A stretch of 64,000 nt of DNA from Octopus vulgaris (Eukaryota): assembly GCA_951406725.2 (NCBI GenBank), contig OX597815.1, positions 31,992,001 through 32,056,000 on the forward strand, in the 5' to 3' direction. Below are positions 1 through 11,831 of the stretch, piece after piece (the stretch's first letter is position 1; the number at the start of each line of letters is the position of its first letter). The notes under the pieces are model-generated. The model did no database searches and had not been told where the DNA came from. It saw only the letters and a list, made by a program, of their open reading frames with translations. The position numbers were made by a program, and so were the translations under genes.

Positions 1-153
1 ATCAAATTTTATCATGTTTATTATCTCTCCAAATGTTATATATTTTTAAAAAATTATCAATATTTGTGAAACTATAAATAAATTTCCTGGCTCTTAATTT
101 ATTCAAAGTTCCACTGTTTGTAAACTGTTTCCAATATCTGTCTGTCTGTCTGT

Positions 154-580
154 AGGCAAGTTTTGTCTTGCGAATGTTTCAAAAAAAGATGGGTGAATGT
201 AGCAAGGACGGCACGTATGAATGACGAGGCCACCTTGAGCATAATCCAATGAACCCAGAATTTAAAACAGAGGGTTACTTACTTGCAAATAAATGTTTTA
301 ACATGTGATATTATTGACCGAGGTTATCGTGGTCTTTTCCGTAGGCTTTTCTTTTCACGGATAAACCTTATCTGCTTCCCCCTTTACACTTTACATCATG
401 ACATTTCTGTGATACACGATCCCTATTGATAATTTTTTTTCTTTCTTTTTTAAGATCCCTTTTGATCGAAAACCTACTCCCCTTTTATTTTTTTTTCTCC
501 CCAAAAATAAAAGCTCTACTTTGTAATCTGTCCCTTCTGTGTTCAGCCCTGTGTGGCTAATAAAGAAATGTATCTATCTA
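154..580 (+). mobile_element. 5'-truncated Tx1/L1-like LINE 3' end (ORF2 C-terminus plus 3'UTR)
   Basis: 154-252 reads RQVLSCECFKKRWVNVARTARMNDEATLSIIQ*, with an F-x-x-R-W motif as at Tx1-type ORF2 C-termini. The 3'UTR recurs at 62290-62625 and ends gccctgtgtggctaataaagaa followed by TCTA repeats. A (TCTG)n tract precedes it. Confidence 0.6.
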
Positions 581-721
581 CTTGTGTACAAGGCCAACTA
601 GCCAGCCAACCAACCAGCCAGCTAGCAAGCTATCCAACCAGCCAGCCAGCCAACCAGCCAGCAAGCCATGCATGTACCAGCCTAGCTATCTATCCAACAG
701 CCTATCAATATTTGTGATCAT

Positions 722-960
722 TAAGGTGGCAAACTGGCAGAACAGTTAGCACATTGGGAAAACTGCTTAGCAGCATTTTGTCCATCTCATGGTTCTGAGT
801 TCAATTTCATCTGAGGTCAACTTTCCCTTTCGTCCTTACGGTTCAATAAAACAAAATACCAGTTGAACACTAATGGGTGGGTGGATTGGGGGGTCAATGT
901 AATTGACTTATCTCCTCCACCTGAAATTGGTGCTTTGTGCCAAAAATTTGAGACTAATAT
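722..960 (+). mobile_element. Degenerate SINE family A copy
   Basis: Diverged match to the family A head (ctggcagaa..gttagcac), ttctgagttcaa and the core (ctttcgtcctt..aataccagttg). Confidence 0.75.
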
Positions 961-965
961 TTGTT

Positions 966-999
<34 letters not shown>

Positions 1000-1000
<1 letters not shown>

Positions 1001-1445
1001 TTTAATATCTACTTTTCTATGTTTGCGTGTGGAGGACGGAGTTTTGCTGAGGCAGACTTTCTATGGCCAGATGCCCTTCCTGTTGCCAACTCTCACCTGT
1101 TTCCATGCAAGGTGATATTTTCCTTTGGCCAAGGCAGCGAGCTGGCAGAAACGTTAGCACGCCAGGTGAAATGCTTAGCGGTATTTCGTCTGTCTTTACG
1201 TTCTGAGTTCAAATTCCGCCGAGGTCGACTTTGCTTTTCATCCTTTCAGAGTTGATAAATTAAGTACCAGTTGCATGCTGGGGTCGATCTAATCATCTGG
1301 CCTCTCTCCCCTTAAATTTTCGGCCTTGTGCCTAGAGTAGAAAAGAGTATTTTCCCATGGCCAGAATATGGAAATGAATGAAACTGCTTTGTATATCAGT
1401 AGACTCATTTACAACTATCACACTGTGTCAAGACAAGGAGACACA
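1000..1445 (-). mobile_element. RTE-tail-like element remnant interrupted by a SINE
   Basis: A (CAT)n tail lies at 965-1000. The motif gatgcccttcctgttgccaac is shared with 3715-4040. The element is split by the SINE at 1130-1350. Confidence 0.5.
1130..1350 (+). mobile_element. SINE family A, full length with tail type 2 and TSD
   Basis: tRNA-like head, core ttgcttttcatcctttc..gataaattaagtaccag resembling the Nin/Deu SINE domain, and tail ggccttgtgcctagagtagaaaag. Flanked by an imperfect direct repeat tattttcc(t/c)(t/a)tggcca. Confidence 0.85.
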
Positions 1446-1477
1446 AACATCCATATATATATATATATATATATATA

Positions 1478-1860
1478 CTAGCAGTATTGCCCAGCATTGC
1501 TTGGGTTTGTTTTGACCCTTTAGAATTGGATCTTTGAAAATTAAAAATTTTGCATTATGTATTCTCTTTAAGTGAACATTTTTCTTGTTGAAATACACCG
1601 AAAAATGGCGACACAGCAGTCAAAAAATAGTAACAAATAGGGATTTTCATAGAAAAAAAGCACCTTTTTGATGTAAATAATTTTTGGTGTTAACATTGTC
1701 CGATTTGAATTTTTTCTTCTACGGAAAGTAGAGTAAGCCTTCTTCTATCATACTCTCAATTTTGGTCAACTTGCGCCGCAGGGTCTCGGAGGAGATAGTG
1801 TTAGTTGAAGGCTACCAAACCTGCCATACACAGACAACTTCAGCTTTATATATAGAGAGA
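1478..1860 (-). mobile_element. Non-autonomous Helitron
   Basis: The minus strand starts TC (tctctctatatataaagctgaag) and ends in a GC hairpin plus CTAG, inserted between A and T. A near-identical copy lies at 40634-41020. Confidence 0.8.
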
Positions 1861-1861
1861 T

Positions 1862-2074
1862 ACTCTCTCTTTACTCTTTTACTTGTTTCAGTCATTTGAC
1901 TGCGGCCATGCTGGAGCACCGCCTTTAGTCAATCAAATCAACCCTGGCACTTATTCTTTGTAAGCCCAGTACTTATTCTATCGGTCTCTTTTGCTGAACC
2001 ACTAAGTTACGGGGACGTAAACACACCAGCATCGGTTGTCAAGCAATGCTAGGGGGACAAACACAGACACACAA

Positions 2075-2105
<31 letters not shown>

Positions 2106-2278
2106 CATATATACGACAGGCTTCTTTCAGTTTCCGTCTACCAAATCCACTCACAAGGCATTGGTCGGCCCGGGGCTATAGCAGAAGACACTTGCCCAAG
2201 ATGCCACGCAGTGGGACTGAACCCGCAACCATGTGGTTGGTTCGCAAGCTACTTTCCACACAGCCACTCCTGCGTCTA
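1862..2278 (-). mobile_element. SINE family B (tRNA-derived head, internal TA/CA microsatellite)
   Basis: Near-identical to 27478-27866, 34505-34928 and 51961-52364. Head ggagtggctgtgtgg..ggttcagtccc; tail aaacaagtaaaagagtaaagag. Confidence 0.9.
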
Positions 2279-2769
2279 TATATCTTAAATGGAACAATGC
2301 ATAGAAAATAACACAAGATGCATAACATAGAATATCTATAGTTATTTAAATGTGTGTACTTTGATTTATTTTCCCATGATGTTCCATTTGAGCTCTCTCT
2401 CTTTCTCCCATCTCTCAACTGAAAAGTTATGTTTGACAAAGTTTCAACATAGCTGTCAATTTGTAAAAAAAAAATACTCATTTACTTCTGTTTTATGAAT
2501 TCAATTGTTTATTCATTCACTGACATTTTGCTTTTATGGATTAATAAATTCATATGTGTATAAGTTTTGTAAGTATGTGCATTTAGATGTACTGTCAAGA
2601 GAGAAAAAAATATTCAATAAATATAGTAGAATATATTTATTCACTGGAAGCTGAGGTTTTAAGCTGTTGTTACTCCAATTTTCTTATTGAGGAATGTGAT
2701 AGAAATGAGCAACTTGGGATTCTGCTCACTTTTAATCACATTCCTAATGGAAAAATTGGAGTAATGACA

Positions 2770-2840
2770 GATTACACACACACACACACATCTCTCTATA
2801 TATAGATATATGTAGGTATGTATATGCATGTGAATGTGTG

Positions 2841-2924
<84 letters not shown>

Positions 2925-2929
2925 AATCT

Positions 2930-2998
<69 letters not shown>

Positions 2999-3260
2999 TG
3001 TACAGTACCTACATATATACATTCACACACATACATACCTACATATATCTATATATACAGAGATGAGTGTGTGTGTAATGTGTGTGTGTGTATGTGTAAT
3101 TTATCATTACTCCAATTTATATATATATATATATATATGTATGTATGCATGTATGTATGTATGTATGCATGTATGTATGTATGTATGCATGTATGTATAT
3201 ATATGTACATATATATGTATGTATGTATATATGTATGTATATATTCATATACATACATAT
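2770..3260. repeat. Compound microsatellite (CA/TCTA/TC/TA/TATG)
   Basis: Directly visible tandem di- and tetranucleotide repeats. Confidence 0.95.
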
Positions 3261-3714
3261 GTTGATGATATAAGAATTTAGAAACTTCAAGAACATAAAT
3301 TCTTTTTAGAAACGGTGAATCTTGAAGCAAATAAAGCTAAAAATATGAGCATGTAAATAATGGGTTGAGAACCCTTTGGATAGAAAAGGTAGAAGACAAC
3401 TCATACGAAATGTATGTGTGTGTGTGTGTTTGTGTGTGTGTGCATTATTGATGGATGAACAGTTCAATCTTAATCAAAAATGTTCCAACACTGACAGCTT
3501 CAGGTTTTGTATAACTTGGACTATACAGTCCGATGGGCCCTTATATTTTGAAGGTGGCAGAGTATGATATGAAAGAGATTTGGCAGCCATTTCTGCAAGT
3601 TAAACAACTGTTCAGCTATCTCAATAGTTTGAAAGTGCCCATAACATGTGAAGTAAGATTTTATTGACTGGAAATGTTTTATACAAAATTTGGTCTTGTA
3701 ACTACATCATCATC

Positions 3715-4040
3715 ATAATCGTTTAACGTCCGTTTTCCATGCTGGCATGTGTTGGACGGTTCGACCGGGGTCTGGGAAGCCAGGAGGCTGTGCCAAGCCC
3801 CAGTCTGACCTGGCAGTGTTTCTACAGCTGGATGCCCTTCCTAACGCCAACCACTCTGTGAGTGTACTGGGTGCTTTTTATGTGCCACCGGCACAGGAGC
3901 CAGGGGAGGCTGGCAAATGACCACAATCGGTTGGTGCTTTTTACATGTCACCGACACGGACGCCAGTCAGATGGCGCTGGCATCAACCACATTTGGATGG
4001 TGCTTTTTACATGCCACCAGCACAGGTATCATAACTACAA
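3715..4040 (-). mobile_element. RTE-tail-like SINE/LINE 3' end
   Basis: A (CAT)n tail is followed by gtttaacgtccgttttccatgc..ggatgcccttcctaacgccaacc, with internal gtgctttt(t)a..tgccacc repeats. Confidence 0.55.
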
Positions 4041-4486
4041 TTTGAATAAAAAAAAAAACCGTATACGATATTTACTGCATGTAATATGAACAAGCAGTTT
4101 CAGTTGTTGGTTGTAGTCATATTAATTCAGTAACATGGTTTTAACCTTTGACATTCAGATTATTTAGTCAAACATAATGCTTATTTATTGCATTTGGTTT
4201 GAATTTACTATACATTACCTTGTAGCTTCAAGAGTTCAATGATGTTGGTTGTATATTTTTAGAATGCCATTGTATGGTAGGTGTGAAAGGCTGAATCTGA
4301 CTGGTTTGAACATAAGACATGCAGAATATATAAGCCTAATGTGGTCAATTTAAATGCTAAATGGTTAAATAACTGAAAATTCCATGATTTGATGAATGTC
4401 TTGATGTAATTTTTTTCCCTTATAAATCAAAGACTTTATATATTTGTGTAGCAAATTTTTCTTTATTTTTTTTTTTTAAATTTCAG

Positions 4487-4653
4487 AGTTAAAACAGAAT
4501 AATAAAAGACAGTTGGAAAAGGACAGAAAGAAACAAGCAAACAACACAAAAATAGACAACTGGAATTTCTTACCTTTGAAAAGGGGCATAATAGACCCTA
4601 TAATGCCAACAGTTCCAGACCGAAAGAGTGACCCTAGTTTGAGCTGGACGTAG
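4487..4653 (+). CDS. Putative last coding exon of an unidentified host gene: (E)LKQNNKRQLEKDRKKQANNTKIDNWNFLPLKRGIIDPIMPTVPDRKSDPSLSWT*
   Basis: Long polypyrimidine tract plus tttcAG acceptor (AG at 4485-4486), a 54-codon non-repetitive open frame to TAG at 4651-4653, and AATAAA at 4702-4707. Confidence 0.55.
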
Positions 4654-5321
4654 CAGACAGGAACACATATTAGCACTGCCAAACTGTAGAAGGCCACCAA
4701 AAATAAACCTGTAAACAAACAAAAACATATATAAATATATAAACGAATTGATCCTATGTATGAAATGTACTTTTAAAAGGAAATGAAGTACTTTGGTGAA
4801 AACTGGGTCTTCAGTTTTGCTTATGACACTCTTTCAGTCAATGTGAGGAAGATTTTGAAAGGAAGGGTTATTTACCACTTCATCCAGTTAGAAAGGTGGG
4901 AAGAGTGATTTAAATGAATTGTCTGGACTAGAATTAAAGCTGTAATATAATCATAGCTTTCTGGGAACTTATTCTCGCTTTGGAGCAGAGTAGAGAATTT
5001 CATTAACAAAGCTCAATTTTTCTGAAAGTTATGAGGAAACAAAGTCAGGGGGAAGTGGGGACCCACTTGTGTAGGCATGCCCTTATTTGTTACATGATAC
5101 AAGTTGTAAGGAAGGTGTATGGTCGATTACCATTAATTACTATACATGACTGCTGAATATTTGATTGACCCCCCAAACGGTGGTGTAGGTAGTGTGTGTC
5201 ACTCGTGGAAGCCCTTGAGCTTGCTGTGCCCCCTCTGTGGCCCACCACAGCCTACACGGATTTTTACAGTAGATCCAGAAGATCCAGTCCCTCCACTAAA
5301 GGTGTTGCCTAAGGTGGACCC

Positions 5322-5474
5322 TCGCCCCAAAGCGCAACCTTCGCTCCAAAGTGCAACCCTCACCCCAAAGCACAACTCTCACCCCAAAGCGCAACCATCA
5401 CCCCAAAGCGCAACCTTCACCCCAAAGCGCAACCTTCACCCCAAAGCACAATCCTCACCCCTAAACGCAACCAT
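5322..5474 (+). repeat. 19-bp minisatellite (caccccaaagcgcaacctt) x about 8
   Basis: Tandem units are directly visible. The flank (ctaaaggtgttgcctaaggtggac) resembles 8720-8750, suggesting a MITE host. Confidence 0.85.
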
Positions 5475-6099
5475 ATGCTATTGGCCTTAAACCCTGTGCT
5501 ACTGGCCCCAAAACAATGGAAGATAACGTTAGCTGCAAATGGATAAGAACTCAAAACAAGGTGCGTTGAAAGGAAATTATGTAAGACATTTTGATGAGTG
5601 TACTACCGTTTCCGCAACACTTATGCCTTCATCATACATTAATGCAATAAATGTGGAAGTTTGGCTGAGTCGGTAGAGCAGTACTTAGTTATGGTCCTTT
5701 GCATTCCGGGTTCAAATCCTCCAGCAGTCAACATTACCTTTTATGTTCTGAGTCAATAAAATGAAGTGCCGGTCACGTCTGTTTCCTTCCCTCTAATCTC
5801 TGTTATTCAACAGCGAAGATTCAGTTGTTTAACTGACTGCATTATCTTCCCCTGAATTAATATGTCAGTGGCTGAGTATTCCACGGACACGTATACTCCT
5901 TAACGTAATTCACACGTGGAATCAGCATGATACAGCATGCGTGTGTGTGACAAAGCTGTACATTTTAAATACAGTTACGATACCCACAACAGGCTTTTGT
6001 GCCTTTTCCGTCAATTTAATTTCACACACAGCATATGACTCAACTCAATGATATAGAAAATTCCATTTACTATAAGACACCTCGCAATGGAATCGAACC

Positions 6100-6380
6100 C
6101 TTTTTTCTTCACAAATGTAAATAAACCCAATCTGTTTCTTAAAAGAGGACATATTCATACGGCACAGAATGTTTTTTACCTTAATAGACGTCAGTGATTG
6201 GTTGAAATTTCAGAAATTGAAGAAAAAAGCAACAAATATCTTACAAACTATAGAATTTTCTCAATAAAGCCAAGAGAAAAAGATATTTTATAAACACATT
6301 CTACCAGTATACGAAGTTTAAAATTTTTTAGTTACGTGGAAATTATTTTTAAAAACTGCCATTCAAACCGAAAAGACCCG
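6100..6380 (-). mobile_element. Unclassified non-autonomous element (partial)
   Basis: Reverse-complement similarity to 18523-18800. Confidence 0.7.
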
Positions 6381-7318
6381 CAATGTATTCTTACAAGTCT
6401 CTTTCTTTAATCCTAATATAGCAAGGTGTGATTTAAGTAAGTTTTGACTGCTATTTCCAGCAGATCAAACGACTACGCAGATGCTCCCTCGTTGATTTGC
6501 CTTACTAATGTTGATATCAGACCTAATATCAAAGTATATGAAGTATAGAATATTAAGATCTTGTTTCAAGATTGCGATAAGAGATTACACAGAAGATTAG
6601 TAATAATTAGTGAAATAAATTACAGCTTAGCATTGATTAGAGACAGCTGTGTAAATAGATGCAAGGTTGAATTTCTTCATTTTTCTTTATTTTAATAACT
6701 AAGTGAAATGGAAGGGCGACGTCAAAACTGTTGAACAAGAGAATATATAAATTTTTTAAAAAAAACGAAAATGAATGGAAATCATTGAAAGAAAAGAAAG
6801 AAGTCGCTCTTAGAGGCAAAATGTAACACTTTCCAAAGAAAACAAAATTAAGTGCAGGTTTCTACACTTAATTATGGTAAGCTGAACTTAACTTTTAATC
6901 AATTGAAATTATACCCGTAATGAGAAGAATAGTATTTTGCGTTAATGAAAATTCCTCTCAAAAAGGTAAAGGGGGAGAATTCCGTAATTTCAATTTATAA
7001 AAAATTAAATGGAGATATCTGTGTGCTTAACCCGTTGCCTGTCCAAATCAGTTTTATAAGTTTGTCCTAAATGTCCGTTCTGGTTTTCAAACATTTTGTT
7101 AGTCTTTGTTCTATATGTCCTGAGTAATATATGGCTTTCCTCTCACAAGTCCCAAATTATTCTGGTGGTTTAAAAGAATGGGTACGTGCATTTATAAGAT
7201 GTATGGACGAATGGGAAATATGTTCTGGTTATCATATATGATACACAGAACAAACAAAAGATTAAGCAACATGAGTATCCAGAATATGAATAATATAAAA
7301 AAAAATAAAATAAAATAA

Positions 7319-7355
<37 letters not shown>

Positions 7356-7364
7356 TAATAATAA

Positions 7365-7938
7365 ATGCCCTGATGCAGTACCAGGCAGTGGTACTGCCTG
7401 GTACCACTCTCTCGAGGCTCCTGATCTTAACTGATTGGAAGTGTTATCGTGTACGTTGGTTTGTCTTGGTATGAAAGATGGGCTACAGCAAATATTCTGC
7501 TCAATACCACAGATTTGTTTGTCAGTTGTTTGAACATAACCAGTTGATCATGTCCCTTAGTGGCTGACGATCTGTGCATCTCTGATCACGAGCAGAAGTA
7601 GTGAGGGAGCATCATAGCCATGTGTTGAGAAGGATTCTTTGGGGTTTGAATAATTCACCTCTGGAAACATAGGTGTTTCATTCAACATCCTTAAACAACT
7701 CTTATTCAGGGACCCATTTGAGCGGGATGGGCTTCTCGACCAGAAGAAAATTCTAACTGGGCCCCACCTGCAAGGTCATGTGCTGTTCATCTTGATATGA
7801 GATCACCATGCCATGCACATATTGTTGTGATGCATGTGCTTAGTGTAGCCTTATCAGACGGGTAGTCATGATGGGTATACTGGGCTTCGTATATTTTACC
7901 CCAGTGTTACTTTGATGGCATGCACTGCTCTCTCACTC

Positions 7939-7940
<2 letters not shown>
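7365..7940 (+). mobile_element. Interspersed element embedded in (TAA)n, possibly a LINE 3'UTR remnant
   Basis: A roughly 575-bp, more GC-balanced block with (TAA)n on both sides (7320-7362, 7939-7990). No ORF. Confidence 0.45.
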
Positions 7941-7980
<40 letters not shown>

Positions 7981-7995
7981 CATAATAATAATTTA

Positions 7996-8213
7996 ATTCT
8001 TTATTGCCCACAACGGGCTAAACATAGAGGGGACAAACAAGAACAGACAAATGGATTAAGTCGATTACATCGACCCCAGTGCGCAACTGGTACTAATTTA
8101 TCGACCCCGAAAGGATGAAAGGCATAGTTAACCTCGGCGGGATTTGAACTCAGAATGTAGCGGCAGACGAAATACGGCTACACGTTTCGCCCGGCGTTCT
8201 AACGATTCTACCA
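7996..8213 (-). mobile_element. SINE family A, tail type 1
   Basis: Reverse match to the family A body. The tail ends gtgggcaataaagaa. Confidence 0.85.
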
Positions 8214-8829
8214 GAATACAGAATACAGACAATATATTCGATAAATTTGCACGATAGATAGAATGACTAAGTTGTAAATGAGTCTAAAAGCATCGAGTTG
8301 GTGTATGAAAATATTTTAACATAGAAACTTTGTCATATACTAAATACCATATTAAGACTCGAGTCAAGTAGATTGAGTTCACAGGAGTTTGTTGTATTGA
8401 CTCGAGGAAGATGAAAGTCTCTGTGAAGTTCAAAGCGATTTGGATTAGGAGAGTAAAGGTATGTATTGATATACAGCAAAACATTCAATCAGATGGTTTA
8501 TTGATTCTGCTATTTGTTGTCCGTTAATGAAGGCTAGTATTAAAAATAATGCTTTCCAACTAAATATAACTGCATTACAAAGTTTATACATACATAGAAA
8601 CATGCATGCGTGAACATGCGTATACTAGCATAGAAAGAGTGTGTGTGGCCCTTCCGTGTGCCAGCCCTAGACTCCAGAAAAAAACACATATTGCCTACAG
8701 CAGTCCCAAAAGTACCACCCCTTTAAAAGTGCTGCCCAGGGCGGACTGCCCCTACCTCCACCACCTAGCTACGCTAGTGCATGCGTATATCATTTACAGA
8801 AAGAGCGCTATATCCAAGACTATACTTTT

Positions 8830-9155
8830 TTTTTTCCTACTCTAGGCACAAGGCCCGATATTTTGGGGGAGAGGGCCAGTCGATTAGATCGACCCCCAGT
8901 ACACATCTGGTACTTAATTTATCGACCCCGAAAGGATGAAAGGCAAAGTCGACCTCGGCGAACTTTGAGGGGACAAACAAGGACAGGCAAACGGATTAAG
9001 TCGATTATATCGACCCCAGTGCTAAACTGGTACTTTATTTAATCGACCCCGAAAGGATGAAAGGCAAAGTCGACCTCGGCGGAATTTGAACGTAACGGCA
9101 GACGAAATACCGCCAAGCATTTCGCCCGGCGTGCTAACGTTTCTGCCAGCTCACC
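8830..9155 (-). mobile_element. SINE family A partial dimer (tail 1 unit followed by tail 2 unit)
   Basis: Two copies of the core atcgaccccgaaaggatgaaaggcaaagtcgacctcggc. Confidence 0.85.
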
Positions 9156-9243
9156 ATACACTCACACACACATGTATATACCTACTCTATAACTGATATT
9201 AAATGTGCTTCTATTTCTGACTGATATAGAATTCACTCACACA

Positions 9244-9284
<41 letters not shown>

Positions 9285-9854
9285 CCATTGACCACACTGA
9301 CAATGATTCTCTTATATATATATATATACTCGTGCGTGAGTGTATATGTAGCAGAGATACATATAATAATATGTGAGTCGACCTGCACAGCAGATGATGT
9401 AGCTCTGCAACATATATACACAAAAATATGTACGTATATGTGTATGCATGAACACGCGCGCGTGTATTTGTGTGTGCGTGCGCGCACGCACAATTGTACA
9501 CATGTGTATGCGTGGTATTAACAATGGCTTTGTTTCTGTTAAAGGAATGCTAGTCATTATCTATTTTCTCCTCATGTGTAACACCGTATAATTTGAAGAT
9601 GACAGCTGATGTGTGTGTTGAATTTGTTTACCACAATATCCGTTCGGCGATGCGATCTTATTCGATCCGTCAGAAACAAAGTCAATATCTAAATATACAC
9701 GAACAACGACAGAGATTGGTTCTTATATTTTCATTTTCTCTCATATGCATTCCTTGCATGTTGTATACGTGCAGTTACCAGCAATTCTGAAATATGCCTG
9801 TTTACATGCATTGTAAACATGCATTTGATATTCACTTCTAGATTTATGAATAAT

Positions 9855-10012
<158 letters not shown>

Positions 10013-10024
10013 TACAAATTTAAC

Positions 10025-10495
10025 ACCTTTATTTCTTCTTAGGTAGAGCCTGTCAACATCATTATTTCTGTGGAAGTTCCCAGTTGTTGTCAGGATTTTG
10101 TGGGTTTTGATATCTATGGAGTGGATTTCCTCTAAAGACCTGTAGCGTACTCTCAAGTGAAATTACCCTCTCCCCTTTATTATATGTACGTGCTTTCGAA
10201 CGTAGCAGGTAACAGCTAGCCTTTGGCCGCTATTCTGATTGGTTGGTATTGGCGCTGCAAATTGGCGCAACAGAGTAAGAGACAAATTGCGCCAATGCCA
10301 TCCAATCAGAGTAGTGGACACAACGGGGTCCAAATAGCAGCCAAAGGCTAGACGTTACCTGCTACGTTCGAAAGCACGTATATATAATAAAGGGGAGAGG
10401 GAAATTTCACTCGAGAGAACGCTAAAGACCAATCAAGTATCCCAAATGTTGGGAACAGCACTGGTATCGCAAATGCATTGTGGGGTATTGTTTTG
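10025..10495 (-). pseudogene. R4/Dong-clade LINE reverse-transcriptase fragment split by a MITE
   Basis: Removing 10141-10430 joins HNAFAIPVLFPTFGILDWSL to EEIHSIDIKTHKILTTTGNFHRNNDVDRLYLRRNKG. The D-R-L-Y-L-x-R motif is typical of the RT C-terminal region in R4-like elements. Confidence 0.75.
10141..10426. mobile_element. MITE with about 90-bp TIRs and probable 4-bp TSD (GACC)
   Basis: Termini tgtagcgtactctcaagtgaaatt.. and ..aatttcactcgagagaacgctaaa. GACC occurs at 10137-10140 and 10427-10430. Confidence 0.8.
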
Positions 10496-10567
10496 TATGT
10501 ATGTATGTATGTATGTATGTATGTATGTATGTATGTATGTATGTATGTATGAATGTGTGTATAGTCC

Positions 10568-10848
10568 ATGTCTTGGAGGAAGCAGGTTAAGGAGGGGATC
10601 GACACTTTTGAGAGAGCACGTATCCAGCATGAAGAACTTAAGCGAGCTGCGCGAAAGCGCACGGTTCGTATAGTGAATGAGGAAAGCTTTGTCTGCAATG
10701 TTTGCAGTCGTGTATGCTTGTCAAGAGCAGGGATCATTAGCCACCAACGGAGCTGCAAATGCAAAATATAAGTTAGTCCTAGAGCGCACAATGTTCCTGA
10801 AGGTCGGCAATGGTCTTCCTCGGTCACGAGTGGACGGCCATCATGAAT
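10568..10848 (+). mobile_element. RTE-like LINE 3' end (C-terminal C2H2-type zinc finger plus short 3'UTR)
   Basis: Translates as WRKQVKEG..FE..R..KRAARK..FVCNVCSRVCLSRAGIISHQRSC*. Confidence 0.75.
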
Positions 10849-10873
10849 GTGTGTATATATGTTTATATATATG

Positions 10874-10950
<77 letters not shown>

Positions 10951-10963
10951 AAATCTATCTATC

Positions 10964-10994
<31 letters not shown>

Positions 10995-11146
10995 AGACGA
11001 TCAGAAACTGGAAGAAAAACAACAAATAGAAGTATATCTTTGGTGCTAAAAAGCCATTATTTAATTAGTTAAGTAAGGTGAAGGTAAGAGTGAGTTTACA
11101 ACTGTTACTGTGTACCATATTGAGGTAAATATGCATTTACCTCGTT

Positions 11147-11221
<75 letters not shown>

Positions 11222-11531
11222 AATGACGAACTTTGGTGGTAATTGAATACCGGTTGTTCATCTGAGTGGATATGTATATTCCCAGAGATGTTCGCTTTAT
11301 TGTCCATGCCAAATTCGGCCGTTAGTGGGGCGTCCGTCATATATATATTCCATCGATCTTGTCCGGGTGTATCTCCGTTTTACTTCTTGGTTGATTTTAT
11401 ATTGTTGCTTACATGCGAATTTTTGTTGAAGTATTTATCCCACCCGGATAAACGATCGGAACTTCAATTACCACCAAAATTCGCCATTTACAGAAAGGTA
11501 AATATAATACGTCCCCCCTCTGATATATATA

Positions 11532-11598
11532 TAGTGTGGGTTAAGAGTTGCACAATCATTTAAAATATAAATAGTGCTGCAACTTTTGGCCCACCCTA
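11532..11598. mobile_element. Tiny Tc1/mariner-type MITE remnant
   Basis: Imperfect inverted ends tagtgtgggttaagagttgcac and gctgcaacttttggcccacccta, flanked by TA. Confidence 0.45.
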
Positions 11599-11605
11599 TA
11601 TATCC

Positions 11606-11640
<35 letters not shown>

Positions 11641-11750
11641 TGTGTGTATATATATACGCGTGTGTATGCTTGTTCGTATGCATGCGTGTGTGTATGTATA
11701 TATATATATATGTATATATGTGTATATATATATATATATATTTATTTATA

Positions 11751-11831
<81 letters not shown>

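Noticed and set aside
2036-2311. Recurrent ORF MSSNARGTNTDTQ..RLPNPLTRHWSARG (also near 27396, 34403, 51834)
   Set aside because: It is the antisense reading of SINE family B, not a gene family.
2818-3330. Long ORFs such as [20 protein letters not shown] and MYVCMYVC here and throughout the window
   Set aside because: They are translations of TCTA, TA, GT and TATG microsatellites, which lack stop codons.
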